Positions 36,940 to 45,993 of a stretch of 64,000 bases of DNA are shown here, piece by piece. This DNA is from Thermodesulfovibrionia bacterium (GTDB lineage Bacteria; Nitrospirota; Thermodesulfovibrionia; UBA6902). Every line of letters starts with the position of its first letter. Position 1 is the stretch's first letter. The translations under genes were made by a program, and so were the position numbers. The notes under the pieces are model-generated. The model saw only the letters and a list, made by a program, of their open reading frames with translations, had not been told where the DNA came from and ran no database searches. The stretch lies in contig JAUSMY010000056.1 of NCBI GenBank assembly GCA_030646035.1, positions 5,481 through 69,480 of the forward strand. Direction: 5' to 3'.

Positions 36940-37115
36940 ATAGAGTCTTTGAGGGCCTTCTCCGGCCTCCGTAGCGCAAGCACGGAAAGGAGGTTTTTAG
37001 TTTTTACGGGTAAGTTTTCCCGGAGTGTTCCACTAACCGCGAGGCGTGGACGGTTCTCAAAGGCCGCTATAACACTCTGGGATTTTTTATTGCCCGGAAA
37101 TATAGAAACTTTGAG
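36940..37115 (+). ncRNA. Candidate phage-encoded structured small RNA or structured 5' leader
   Basis: It lies downstream of the consensus promoter and is GC-rich with several local hairpins (GGCCttctccGGCC, CCGTagcgcaagcACGG, CCACtaaccgcgaggcGTGG). It has no plausible start/RBS and ends near a T-run (GGGATTTTTTATT, about 37079-37091). The only ORF evidence is a low-complexity Arg/Ser translation. Confidence 0.3.
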
Positions 37116-37122
37116 GAGGCGT

Positions 37123-37416
37123 ATGACTAAGAAGAGAAGAAAGGCAGTACCTGCAGCAAAGAGGCTCAGTAAATGTATTAGAGATATCTTCTGGAAGCTT
37201 GACCATGCAGAGATAGTGAATATCCGCCAGAATATTCCACGTAAATCATCGGAAACATTATTCCCGCTTAAGCTTATTCTTGATGGACTCGTGCGGGCGG
37301 ATTTGATTGAGACGGCATGTTATCTCAATAACCTGCCAAATAAAAACTCAGGGAAGGTTGTGGACTTCCGGCAGTGGGTAAGCACACATAAAAGAGAGTT
37401 AAGGAGGGCACAATGA
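37123..37416 (+). CDS. Small basic protein (97 aa), probable true CDS within the annotated 36874..37416 ORF
   Basis: GGAGG 5 nt upstream of the ATG at 37123. The translation MTKKRRKAVPAAKR... is basic. Confidence 0.3.
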   Translation: MTKKRRKAVPAAKRLSKCIRDIFWKLDHAEIVNIRQNIPRKSSETLFPLKLILDGLVRADLIETACYLNNLPNKNSGKVVDFRQWVSTHKRELRRAQ

Positions 37417-37549
37417 AAAATTTAATGTTTCTTGAAAAAGCTATCTTGAAAGATGATTCAGAAAAACCATGAATGAAAGCGGCTGAAGGATAATATTTTA
37501 ATTTATACAGAATGTATGTCATGGACGATACCAGTTTAACTGTTTCATT

Positions 37550-37921
37550 ATGAGCAATAACATATCACAGATAATCAACCGGTTTGAAGGGTTACTTCAA
37601 GAGCTTCATGAGGTGGAAGACCCTCAGAACGCAGCAGACCGTCAGGTTGAGAAGCTTACCAAGACCGTCACTGATCCTCGCGTCCTTGCCTCTATGAAAT
37701 GGCTTACGATGAAAGAGGCGATCATATACAGCCGCAAGTCCAAAAACACCCTCCTAAAGTATATAATGAAAAATCTTATATACGGTGATCAGGTGGAGGG
37801 TGGCGACTGGATTGTTGACCGTGAGAGTATTGACAGGTTTTATAATACCCGTAATGCCGACCGGAATGCCCAAAAGCTGATCTATCTCCACCATGGCACC
37901 GACCAAAGGAGGACAGGATGA
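37550..37921 (+). CDS. xis: Excisionase/DNA-binding protein (MerR-like HTH_17)
   Basis: WLTMKEAIIYSRKSKNTLLKYI is an HTH of the excisionase family. It lies immediately upstream of, and overlapping, the integrase. Confidence 0.5.
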   Translation: MSNNISQIINRFEGLLQELHEVEDPQNAADRQVEKLTKTVTDPRVLASMKWLTMKEAIIYSRKSKNTLLKYIMKNLIYGDQVEGGDWIVDRESIDRFYNTRNADRNAQKLIYLHHGTDQRRTG

Positions 37922-39069
37922 ATCTTTTTAAGAGGGAAAACGGTGTATGGTATATCCGCAATTCCAGAGTAGAGCGAAGGCTGCTCGGGCTTCCCCAGGC
38001 GATATCTTTGAAGACAGAGGATGAATCATTAGCCAGGGCGAAGTTCCAGCAGCTGCAGGACCAGAGGAGAGACAGGCAGGTCAAAAGCATAGAGAAGGTC
38101 AATCAGATCAAACTCACGGAATACATTCCTGAGTATCTCGCCTCTCGTGAACTTCAGGGGATATCTCAGTCGACGATCAGTATTGACGCTAACGCCCTTA
38201 AGAAGTTCAAAGAAACTATCGGTGATATGACGCTCAGGGCGATTAAGAGAGAACAGGTCGATCGCTTCAAACTCATTTCATTAAGGATAAATTATTCAAA
38301 GACCTATATTAATATCATGCTCCGCAGCCTGAGCGCTGCATTCACGCATGCGCTCACATTGGAGAAGCCTTATATCTCAGTAAACCCATTTTCAAAGAGA
38401 GACAGAAATGACAAGGTCCTTTTTAAGATGGATGAAGAGATTCCACGTTACCTGCAACCTGCGGAGTTGGACAGGCTCTTTGAAGCGCTTGATAAGGAAA
38501 TAGTGCTCTTCAGCGACAAAGACGGATTCTGGCATATTAAGACCGGCCTTAAGCAAAAGCCTCTGCTTACAAGAGACCTGCAGAAGGCTGAGGCAACACT
38601 TGCAGAGGACAAAAGACGCCGTAAGGATCTGGTAGCAGCCGTCTATATTTATCTGTATACAGGTATGAGGCGCTCTGAGCTGATCAAGCTCAACCGGCAG
38701 GATGTAGACCTTGTGCACGGTCTTATTTATGTCAGGCAGACAAAAGGAAACAGAGATAGAGCTATTCCCATATGCGACAAGGTGAGGCCTTACCTTGAGC
38801 GCATTCACCCTGGCATAGGCCCGCTCTTCCCGAACTGGAGCTCACCGAATACACTCTCAAGGCTTTTTAGAAACATCGCATTGCAGGCGGGCGTTAAAGC
38901 CACACTTCACAGTCTTAGACACACATTCGCAAGTTATCTGGTCATGAAAGGGGAGGGTATTAAGAGTATAAAAGACCTGCTCGGACACCGGAACCTGAGG
39001 ACCACGGAGATCTACGCAAAACTCGACTCCGCGGCATTGTTGAAGACTGTTAATAAGCTGGATTTTTAG
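37918..39069 (+). CDS. int: Tyrosine recombinase / phage integrase
   Basis: The C-terminal catalytic signature is LHSLRHTFASYLVMKG...LLGHRNLRTTEIYAKL (R...HxxR...Y). The N-terminal SAM-like domain is present. Confidence 0.85.
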   Translation: MNLFKRENGVWYIRNSRVERRLLGLPQAISLKTEDESLARAKFQQLQDQRRDRQVKSIEKVNQIKLTEYIPEYLASRELQGISQSTISIDANALKKFKETIGDMTLRAIKREQVDRFKLISLRINYSKTYINIMLRSLSAAFTHALTLEKPYISVNPFSKRDRNDKVLFKMDEEIPRYLQPAELDRLFEALDKEIVLFSDKDGFWHIKTGLKQKPLLTRDLQKAEATLAEDKRRRKDLVAAVYIYLYTGMRRSELIKLNRQDVDLVHGLIYVRQTKGNRDRAIPICDKVRPYLERIHPGIGPLFPNWSSPNTLSRLFRNIALQAGVKATLHSLRHTFASYLVMKGEGIKSIKDLLGHRNLRTTEIYAKLDSAALLKTVNKLDF

Positions 39070-39202
39070 GAGAATGAATACAAGCTGTATACAACGAGTT
39101 CTAACCGCTTGATTTTATTAGTCGAGTCCTTCCCGTGAGAGGCCAGCGTCCTAGGCCACTAGACGATGGGACCATAAAAACTTAACTATTAACTTGATAT
39201 TT

Positions 39203-39276
39203 TGGCTGGGGAGAGAGGACTTGAACCCCTACAAGCAGATCCAGAATCTGCGGTGCTGCCATTACACTACTCCCCA
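39203..39276 (-). tRNA. tRNA-Gln (anticodon CTG), with an encoded CCA
   Basis: Minus-strand sequence UGGGGAG UA GUG UAAUGGCAG CAC C GCAGA UUCUGGA UCUGC UUGU AGGGG UUCAAGU CCUCU CUCCCCA G CCA. The 7-bp acceptor, CUG in the anticodon loop and the T-loop UUCAAGU are all present. Acceptor ends closely resemble E. coli tRNA-Gln. Confidence 0.8.
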
Positions 39277-39359
39277 AAGCCAAGATATTTTATATTATGA
39301 ATATCAGTTAATACAAGTTTTTAGGTATACTAATAAAATATAAGGGAGGTCTTGATTAT

Positions 39360-40295
39360 ATGAAAAGAATTCTTATTACAGGCGGGGCTGGTTTCATCGG
39401 CTCGCATCTCTGCGAAAGACTGCTGAATGACGGCCATGAGGTTCTGTGCGTTGATAACTTCTACACCGGCCGCAGATCCAATATAGCTCATCTAGTGCCT
39501 AATCCATATTTTGAGATCATGAGGCATGATATCTGTTTTCCTCTGTATGTTGAGGTCGATGAGATCTACAACCTTGCATGCCCTGCTTCTCCTATACATT
39601 ACCAGTTTGACCCTGTGCAGACTACAAAGACATCTGTTCACGGTGCGATAAATATTCTCGGCCTTGCAAAGAGGGTCAAGGCAAAGACCTTTCAGGCATC
39701 AACCTCTGAGGTATACGGCGATCCAACCGAACATCCGCAAACAGAAGCCTATTGGGGGAATGTAAATCCTATAGGCATACGTTCCTGTTATGATGAGGGC
39801 AAGCGCTGTGCAGAGACCCTCTTTTTTGACTACCACAGGCAGCATGGGCTTAAGATAAAAGTTGCAAGGATATTTAATACATACGGCCCTAATATGCATC
39901 CTCAGGACGGCAGGGTTGTCAGCAACTTCATCATGCAGGCATTAAGGGATGAAGATATTACTGTCTATGGAAAAGGGCAGCAGACAAGGAGCTTCTGTTA
40001 TGTTGATGACCTCGTGGAAGGTTTTGTCAGATTAATGGATTCGCCTGATAAGCTGACCGGCCCTGTGAATCTCGGCAACCCTGATGAGTTCAGCATAATA
40101 GAACTCGCCCGCATTGTAATAAAACTTACCGGCTCAAAGTCAAAGATAGTATTCAAGCCTCTGCCGCAAGACGACCCGACACAGAGACAGCCTGATATAT
40201 CTCTGGCAATGAAAGAACTTCAATGGAAGCCGAAGGTAAAGCTGGAAAAAGGATTGATCAAGACTATCAAGTACTTTAAACAGTTTGTTCCCTGA
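39360..40295 (+). CDS. uxs: UDP-glucuronate decarboxylase (UDP-xylose synthase; SDR family)
   Basis: [45 protein letters not shown] is a characteristic UXS N-terminus. YxxxK is present. Confidence 0.8.
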   Translation: MKRILITGGAGFIGSHLCERLLNDGHEVLCVDNFYTGRRSNIAHLVPNPYFEIMRHDICFPLYVEVDEIYNLACPASPIHYQFDPVQTTKTSVHGAINILGLAKRVKAKTFQASTSEVYGDPTEHPQTEAYWGNVNPIGIRSCYDEGKRCAETLFFDYHRQHGLKIKVARIFNTYGPNMHPQDGRVVSNFIMQALRDEDITVYGKGQQTRSFCYVDDLVEGFVRLMDSPDKLTGPVNLGNPDEFSIIELARIVIKLTGSKSKIVFKPLPQDDPTQRQPDISLAMKELQWKPKVKLEKGLIKTIKYFKQFVP

Positions 40296-40310
40296 TACCT
40301 GTCTCAGCAT

Positions 40311-40952
40311 CTAATGTGAAGGGTTAATAAGGACGCTCTCTTTTCTATCGGTCTTTATCGAGACCTTTCGGCCTTCTACTTTGACCTTGCCGTCTGCATA
40401 GAGCTTGATTGCAAGCGGAAATATTATGTGCTCCTGTTTCAGAATCCTTTCAGATAGTGAATCTTCGGTATCATCTTCATATGCAGGTACAGCAGCCTGA
40501 ATGACTATAGGCCCGGTGTCAACTCCCTCATCAACAAAATGGACAGTGCAGCCTGATAGTTTTACGCCGTAATCAACCGCCTGTTTCTGGCTGTGAAGGC
40601 CGGGAAATGAAGGGAGCAGGGCAGGGTGGATGTTGATTATCTTATTTTTGTACCTGTCGATTAACGGTTTACCGACAACTCGCATGAAACCTGCAAGTAT
40701 TACAAGCCCCACGCCTCTTTTTTTGAGTTCGTCAGCGACGTGAGTATAAAAAGCATCTTTGTCTGAATATTTCTTCGGAAGGATAACGATTGATTCGATG
40801 TCATGCTTCTTTGCCCTCTCGATAGCATAGGCTTTAGGCTGGTCGGTTATCAGCACAGCTATCTTTGCATTGATAAAGCCGGACTCTATATTGTCTATAA
40901 TAGACTGAAAGTTGGAACCTCTGCCTGAAGCAAGAACTCCGATTGTTAGCAT
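40311..40952 (-). CDS. purN: Phosphoribosylglycinamide formyltransferase
   Basis: IGVLASGRGSNFQSI ... NIHPALLPSFPGLH motifs. Confidence 0.85.
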   Translation of the reverse strand: MLTIGVLASGRGSNFQSIIDNIESGFINAKIAVLITDQPKAYAIERAKKHDIESIVILPKKYSDKDAFYTHVADELKKRGVGLVILAGFMRVVGKPLIDRYKNKIINIHPALLPSFPGLHSQKQAVDYGVKLSGCTVHFVDEGVDTGPIVIQAAVPAYEDDTEDSLSERILKQEHIIFPLAIKLYADGKVKVEGRKVSIKTDRKESVLINPSH

Positions 40953-40953
40953 A

Positions 40954-41988
40954 TTAAATGTATTTCACTCCGCCTCTTCCTTTTGCTATTTCACCTATGA
41001 TATAAGCCTCTTCGCCAAGCGATTTCAGTCTCCTCATAACCTTGCAGGAATCACTTTTATCTATGACAAGCATGAAGCCGATTCCCATATTGAATGTCTT
41101 GTACATCTCATCTTCAGTGACCTTGCCTTCTCTTTGAATTAGATCATAGATCGCGTGCACAGGCCAGCTTCCTTTTTTTATGACCGCTTTCAGCACCTTT
41201 TTAGGCGGGAATATCCTCGGCAGGTTCTCGGTAATGCCGCCGCCTGTGATATGAGCCATTCCTTTCACATCAAAAGTATTGATGATTTTCAGGATGCTCT
41301 TAACATATATCTTTGTAGGTGTAAGCAGTTCTTCGCCAACAGGACGGCTGAGTTCCTTAATCTTTTTTTTCGGGCTGTATTTTTTGATACCAAAAAATAG
41401 CTTTCTCGCCAGCGAATAGCCGTTGCTGTGAAGCCCGCTTGATGAGAGCCCTATAATAATGTCGCCGTCTTTGATCTTTGAACCGTTAATGATCTTCTTT
41501 CTGTCAACCACTCCCACCGAGAAGCCGGCGAGGTCGTATTCACCGGGACTATAAAACCCGGGCATCTCAGCGGTCTCCCCGCCGACAAGGGCGCAGTCCG
41601 CCATTCTGCATCCTGCGGCAATGCCTTTGATCACATCAGCGGCCTTCTCTGTAGAAAGCTTCCCAGTTGCGAAGTAATCGAGAAAGAATAGGGGGCGTGC
41701 GCCGTTTGTGAGGATATCGTTGACGCACATTGCGACAAGGTCTATCCCTACTGTATCGTGCTTGTTAAGGTCAAATGCGATCTTGAGTTTTGTCCCGACT
41801 CCGTCAGTGCTGCTGACGAGCACAGGATCTTTGACCTTTGTACTTTTCATGCTGTAAAGAGCGCCGAACGAACCGATACTGCCCATGACGCCTGCGTTAA
41901 AGGTTGCGCGGGCAAGCGGCTTTATTATCTCTACCAGGCTGCTGCCTTTGTCTATGTCTACTCCGGATTTTTTATATGTAAGAGCCAT
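40954..41988 (-). CDS. purM: Phosphoribosylformylglycinamidine cyclo-ligase (AIR synthetase)
   Basis: MALTYKKSGVDIDKG ... GLHSNGYSL, PurM family. Confidence 0.9.
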   Translation of the reverse strand: MALTYKKSGVDIDKGSSLVEIIKPLARATFNAGVMGSIGSFGALYSMKSTKVKDPVLVSSTDGVGTKLKIAFDLNKHDTVGIDLVAMCVNDILTNGARPLFFLDYFATGKLSTEKAADVIKGIAAGCRMADCALVGGETAEMPGFYSPGEYDLAGFSVGVVDRKKIINGSKIKDGDIIIGLSSSGLHSNGYSLARKLFFGIKKYSPKKKIKELSRPVGEELLTPTKIYVKSILKIINTFDVKGMAHITGGGITENLPRIFPPKKVLKAVIKKGSWPVHAIYDLIQREGKVTEDEMYKTFNMGIGFMLVIDKSDSCKVMRRLKSLGEEAYIIGEIAKGRGGVKYI

Positions 41989-42052
41989 TGATGTCCTTTC
42001 TGTTTTTTTAAATTATGGATACTCATTATACAAGATTAAATAACATTTGCCG

Positions 42053-42778
42053 CTACGCCTTTTCTATCTTCTTGAGGCTTTCTTTCGCAGCCATCTGCTC
42101 TGCCGCCTTCTTTGTCCTGCCGTGGCCTGTGCCATAGTTCTCATTATTTATCTGAACAGAGACCTCAAACAGCTTGTCATGTTCCGGGCCTTGCTCGCTT
42201 TTTACCTGATATTCCGGCAGAACGCCGAATCTCGACTGTGTTAATTCCTGAAGGCTTGTTTTGAAATCCATCACAAGGCTGTTGTCAACAAGTTCCAGTA
42301 TTTTCGGCTCAAGAGACGATAGGATAAACTCTCTTGCCTTCTTCATTCCGCTGTCAAGAAAAATCGCTGCGATAACAGCTTCAAAGGCATTGGCAAGAAG
42401 GGAAGGTTTGTTTCTTCCGCCTGACATCTCCTCCCCCTTGCCGATCAATAGATGTCTGCCGATATCAAGTCTCTCAGCAGCCTCTGCAAGAGTTGCCTCC
42501 TGCACTAAATAGGATCTTAGTTTGGAAAGCTTTGCCTCGGAATAATCCCTGAAATGATTGAAGAGATGCTCGCTGATAACCAATCCAAGCACGGAATCTC
42601 CCAGAAACTCAAAGCGCTCATTAAAAGGGTGGTGCTTTTCCTGATTCTCATGAGAATAAGACTTGTGAGTAAGAGCTTCCCTTGCCAGAGATTTCTTCTT
42701 GAAGGTGTAATTTATTGAGAGTTCAAAACTGGCTATATCTTTTAATGACGATGCTGGCATTTGTCCCGCCGAATCCAA
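42053..42778 (-). CDS. rnc: Ribonuclease III
   Basis: [20 protein letters not shown] RNase III signature with a C-terminal dsRBD. It overlaps the fabF 3' end, so the true start is probably the internal Met (MPASSLKD, about 42760). Confidence 0.85.
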   Translation of the reverse strand: MDSAGQMPASSLKDIASFELSINYTFKKKSLAREALTHKSYSHENQEKHHPFNERFEFLGDSVLGLVISEHLFNHFRDYSEAKLSKLRSYLVQEATLAEAAERLDIGRHLLIGKGEEMSGGRNKPSLLANAFEAVIAAIFLDSGMKKAREFILSSLEPKILELVDNSLVMDFKTSLQELTQSRFGVLPEYQVKSEQGPEHDKLFEVSVQINNENYGTGHGRTKKAAEQMAAKESLKKIEKA

Positions 42779-43970
42779 AAGAGTTGGAGATCGCTGATCT
42801 TATATCGAGCTTCCTCGACTTGTTAGGCACATAGTCGAGATCACATTCCGGATCAGGGTTATCAAGGTTCATAGTTGGAGGCACTATTTTGTTAAATATG
42901 CTGAGCGCGCATACAACAGCTTCAACGCCGCCTGCGGCCCCAAGAAGATGTCCGGTCATAGACTTTGTTGAACTTACGCATAACTTATAGGCGTGTTCCC
43001 CGAAGACATTTTTTATAGCTGTGGTCTCAAGCTCGTCACCGTATCTTGTTGAGGTTCCATGGGCGTTTATATAGTCAACATCTTCGGGTTTTATACCTGC
43101 ATCATTAATAGCGGCCTTCATGCATCTTGCGGCCCCTTCACCCTCAGGCGCGGGGCTTGATAAGTGGTAAGCGTCAGAGGTCATGCCGTATCCTGTTATC
43201 TCAGCGTATATCTTTGCGCCTCTCTTCAATGCGTGTTCAAGCTCCTCAAGTATCATGATTCCTGACCCTTCGCCCATGACAAAACCGTCCCTGTCCTTAT
43301 CAAAAGGCCGGCTCGCCTTCTCTGGTTCTTCATTTCTCGTTGAAAGCGCTTTCATTGCGGAAAAGCCTGCTATCGCCAGCGGGCTTATAGTGGCTTCGGT
43401 GCCTCCTGCGATCATAACATCAGCAATATTGTTCTGGATCAATTTGAACGAGTCACCTATTGAATGAGTGCCGCTTGCGCAGGCAGTGACAACTGCGGAA
43501 TTAGGACCCTTGGCCCCGAATCTGATGGATATCTGTCCCGCGGCAAGGTTTATGATCGTCATGGGGATAAAAAAAGGAGTGATCCTCTTCGGGCCTTTTT
43601 CATTGAGTATCTTGGCGTACCGCTCAATCGCAGGCAAGCCGCCCATACCCGCACCGACTATGACACCGACTCTTTCAGCCATATCATCAGTGATAATAAG
43701 TCCGGAATCCTCCATAGCCATGCTTGAAGCAGCCAGAGCGAAGTGGATGAACCGATCCATCTTCTTCTGCTCTTTGACATCGATATAGTCGTCTATAACA
43801 AAGTCTTTTACTTCAGCCGCTATCTGGCACGGGTAACCGTCAGGATCGAAGTGAGTTATCCTGGCGACTCCCGAACGGCCTTGTATCAGCCCGTTCCATG
43901 ACTTTTCTGTGCCTGTTCCCAAGGGGGAGACCATGCCAACCCCTGTTATAACTACCCTTCTATGCGTCAT
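42723..43970 (-). CDS. fabF: 3-oxoacyl-ACP synthase II
   Basis: [13 protein letters not shown] ... active-site Cys in [12 protein letters not shown]. The region around H308 (YINAHGTST) is conserved, and GHLLGAAG is present. Confidence 0.9.
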   Translation of the reverse strand: MTHRRVVITGVGMVSPLGTGTEKSWNGLIQGRSGVARITHFDPDGYPCQIAAEVKDFVIDDYIDVKEQKKMDRFIHFALAASSMAMEDSGLIITDDMAERVGVIVGAGMGGLPAIERYAKILNEKGPKRITPFFIPMTIINLAAGQISIRFGAKGPNSAVVTACASGTHSIGDSFKLIQNNIADVMIAGGTEATISPLAIAGFSAMKALSTRNEEPEKASRPFDKDRDGFVMGEGSGIMILEELEHALKRGAKIYAEITGYGMTSDAYHLSSPAPEGEGAARCMKAAINDAGIKPEDVDYINAHGTSTRYGDELETTAIKNVFGEHAYKLCVSSTKSMTGHLLGAAGGVEAVVCALSIFNKIVPPTMNLDNPDPECDLDYVPNKSRKLDIRSAISNSFGFGGTNASIVIKRYSQF

Positions 43971-43984
43971 AAGAGGGAGTGGGG

Positions 43985-44218
43985 TTATTCTGACTTCTCG
44001 TTAATGTATTTTATGGCGTCCTGAACCTTTATTATCTTCTCTGCATCTTCGTCCGGGATCTCTATATTGAAAGCTTCTTCAAGTGCCATTACGAGTTCAA
44101 CCGTATCGAGCGAATCAGCCCCCAGATCATCGACAAAAGATGATTCAGGCGTTACCTTCTCTGCGTCTACACCAAGCTGTTTTGAGATTATCTCTTTGAC
44201 TTTTTCTTCAACTGACAT
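43985..44218 (-). CDS. acpP: Acyl carrier protein
   Basis: [18 protein letters not shown] phosphopantetheine attachment motif. Confidence 0.9.
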   Translation of the reverse strand: MSVEEKVKEIISKQLGVDAEKVTPESSFVDDLGADSLDTVELVMALEEAFNIEIPDEDAEKIIKVQDAIKYINEKSE

Positions 44219-44315
44219 GTCTAACCCTCCGTTTTAATTTTATTCAGAATAATAAGCGGTTTTTTTTGAGAAATAATTATACATCTTTAGAATGATTTTT
44301 TCATGTAATTCTTTA

Positions 44316-45074
44316 CTACATATACATTCCGCCATTTACATGGATCACCTGTCCTGTAAGATAATCAGACTCATTTGAGGCGAGGAATATGGATGCATTT
44401 GCAACATCTTCAGGAGTGCCGAACTCTCTGAGCGGGATCGCGTTCTTCATATCTTCCTTTACTTTTTCAGGCAGGGCTTCGGTCATGGCAGTTTTAATGA
44501 AGCCCGGGGCTATGGCGTTTACCCTTATTCCGCGGCCAGCATACTCTTTTGCGATCGTCTTTGTAATCCCTATAACGCCGGCCTTTGACGCGCTGTAGTT
44601 AATCTGTCCGGGATTCCCTATAAATGCAACGACGGATGAGATGTTGATTATCTTTCCTGACCGCTGTTTTGACATTATCTTTATCGCCTCTTTAGAGCAG
44701 AGAAAGGTTCCTTTCAGGTTGATATTTATCACCGCGTCCCAATCGTCTTCCTTCATTCTCAAAGCCAGTGAATCCCTTGTGATGCCGGCATTATTTACAA
44801 GGATATCAATGCTGCCGAACTCATTGATAAATGTCTCAAAGGCGTTTGTTACGCTTTCCTGGCTGGAGACATCAAGTTTTGTGCTAATGCACCTGACACC
44901 CGACTTGTTTATCTCCGCAATAAGATCCCCTGTGTTATCTACTTTAATGTCAGCTATGCATATATTAGCTCCTTCTTTTGCCATCGCAAGCGCAATAGCC
45001 ATCCCGATGCCCTGGGCAGAGCCTGTAATAAGCGCGTTTTTACCTTTGAGTCTCATTGTCCCTCCGTATTCCAT
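44316..45074 (-). CDS. fabG: 3-oxoacyl-ACP reductase
   Basis: KNALITGSAQGIGMAIA Rossmann motif plus NAG and YSASK SDR motifs. The probable start is the internal Met (MRLKGK, 45056). Confidence 0.85.
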   Translation of the reverse strand: MEYGGTMRLKGKNALITGSAQGIGMAIALAMAKEGANICIADIKVDNTGDLIAEINKSGVRCISTKLDVSSQESVTNAFETFINEFGSIDILVNNAGITRDSLALRMKEDDWDAVININLKGTFLCSKEAIKIMSKQRSGKIINISSVVAFIGNPGQINYSASKAGVIGITKTIAKEYAGRGIRVNAIAPGFIKTAMTEALPEKVKEDMKNAIPLREFGTPEDVANASIFLASNESDYLTGQVIHVNGGMYM

Positions 45075-45218
45075 AAATAAAGTTCAAGTATTATATAAAT
45101 TCGTTTTTAATTAGGCAACCGGCATATGAAATGGGTTAAGTTTTTCTATGCAGTATGGAATTAAGATGCAACCGTTTATTTAGTTGTAATTATTATATAT
45201 TCTTGTATAATTCATATT

Positions 45219-45875
45219 ATGAATATAAGAGGCCCAATCAAAATATTTCTGTTAACTCTCATTGCTGTTATGCTCTTCCCGGCATTTGTAATCGCGGAAT
45301 ATTCAGATAAGCCTGATGCCGGGACCTTTTTTAAGCTTGGGCTGAATCTGGCTGAAAAGATGCAATACTCTGAGGCAATCGATAATTTCCAGCAAGCTGC
45401 TAAACTTAAGCCTGAATATGCTGAAGCATATTTTCATATGGGCAATGCCTATTACAAGATACATAGATATACCGATGCAATGGACGCATATAAAATGGCG
45501 GTTAAGATATCACCGAATTATGAAGAGGCGTATATTTCTCTCGGAGTCGTCTCATCAATGCTGCGTAAATATGACCAGGCTATAGATGCGCTTAAGAAGG
45601 CGGTAAAGGTTAACTCACAGAGTTCAGCCGCATACTATAATCTCGGCAATATATACATGGATATTGATGAAACATCAAAGGCTGTTGAGGCTTATAAGGA
45701 GGCGGTCAGGATCAACCCGGATTTTGCATCTGCCCGTTATAATCTTGGAGTGGCTTATCTTGAGCTTAAACAAGATTCCTTAAATCCTGCAATTGAGCAA
45801 TATAAGGCATTGCTGAACCTTGATAAAAAACTTGCGAAGGATTTGGACGAACTGATCAATAAGGCCAAAGAGTAA
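45219..45875 (+). CDS. Secreted TPR-repeat protein
   Basis: Signal peptide. Four or five TPR units (AEAYFHMGNAYYKIHRYTDAMDAYKMAVKISPNY...). Confidence 0.6.
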   Translation: MNIRGPIKIFLLTLIAVMLFPAFVIAEYSDKPDAGTFFKLGLNLAEKMQYSEAIDNFQQAAKLKPEYAEAYFHMGNAYYKIHRYTDAMDAYKMAVKISPNYEEAYISLGVVSSMLRKYDQAIDALKKAVKVNSQSSAAYYNLGNIYMDIDETSKAVEAYKEAVRINPDFASARYNLGVAYLELKQDSLNPAIEQYKALLNLDKKLAKDLDELINKAKE

Positions 45876-45993
45876 TCTGCCGCTCTTGCTGCGTCTTTTC
45901 TTTCATTTGAATAATTTCCCCTTGTTTGTATAAGCCCGTAAAAATCCATTATTAAGAGTTTTAAAAAAAAGATATATAGTATTATAATTATCA

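Larger units (their letters stand above)
7563..39290. mobile_element. Integrated temperate tailed-phage genome (siphovirus-like) about 31.6 kb long, adjacent to tRNA-Gln. Boundaries are approximate.
   Basis: The order terminase, portal, lysis, head, tail, cargo, cI-like, xis, tyrosine integrase, tRNA is contiguous. GC steps up to about 48-50% inside versus about 33% on the left flank. The integrase ends 134 nt from the tRNA-Gln 3' end. Confidence 0.6.

Noticed and set aside
36874-37122. N-terminal third of the annotated 180-aa ORF as coding sequence
   Set aside because: It contains a consensus promoter and GC-rich hairpins with no RBS at 36874. A strong SD-ATG exists at 37123. It is more likely an ncRNA or UTR (see findings), but the ORF is kept as an alternative.
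39070-39202. GC-rich 130-nt spacer between the integrase and tRNA-Gln (GGCCAGCGTCCTAGGCCAC...) as a possible second tRNA/tmRNA fragment
   Set aside because: No cloverleaf could be folded by eye and there is no T-loop consensus. It is probably attP-arm sequence.
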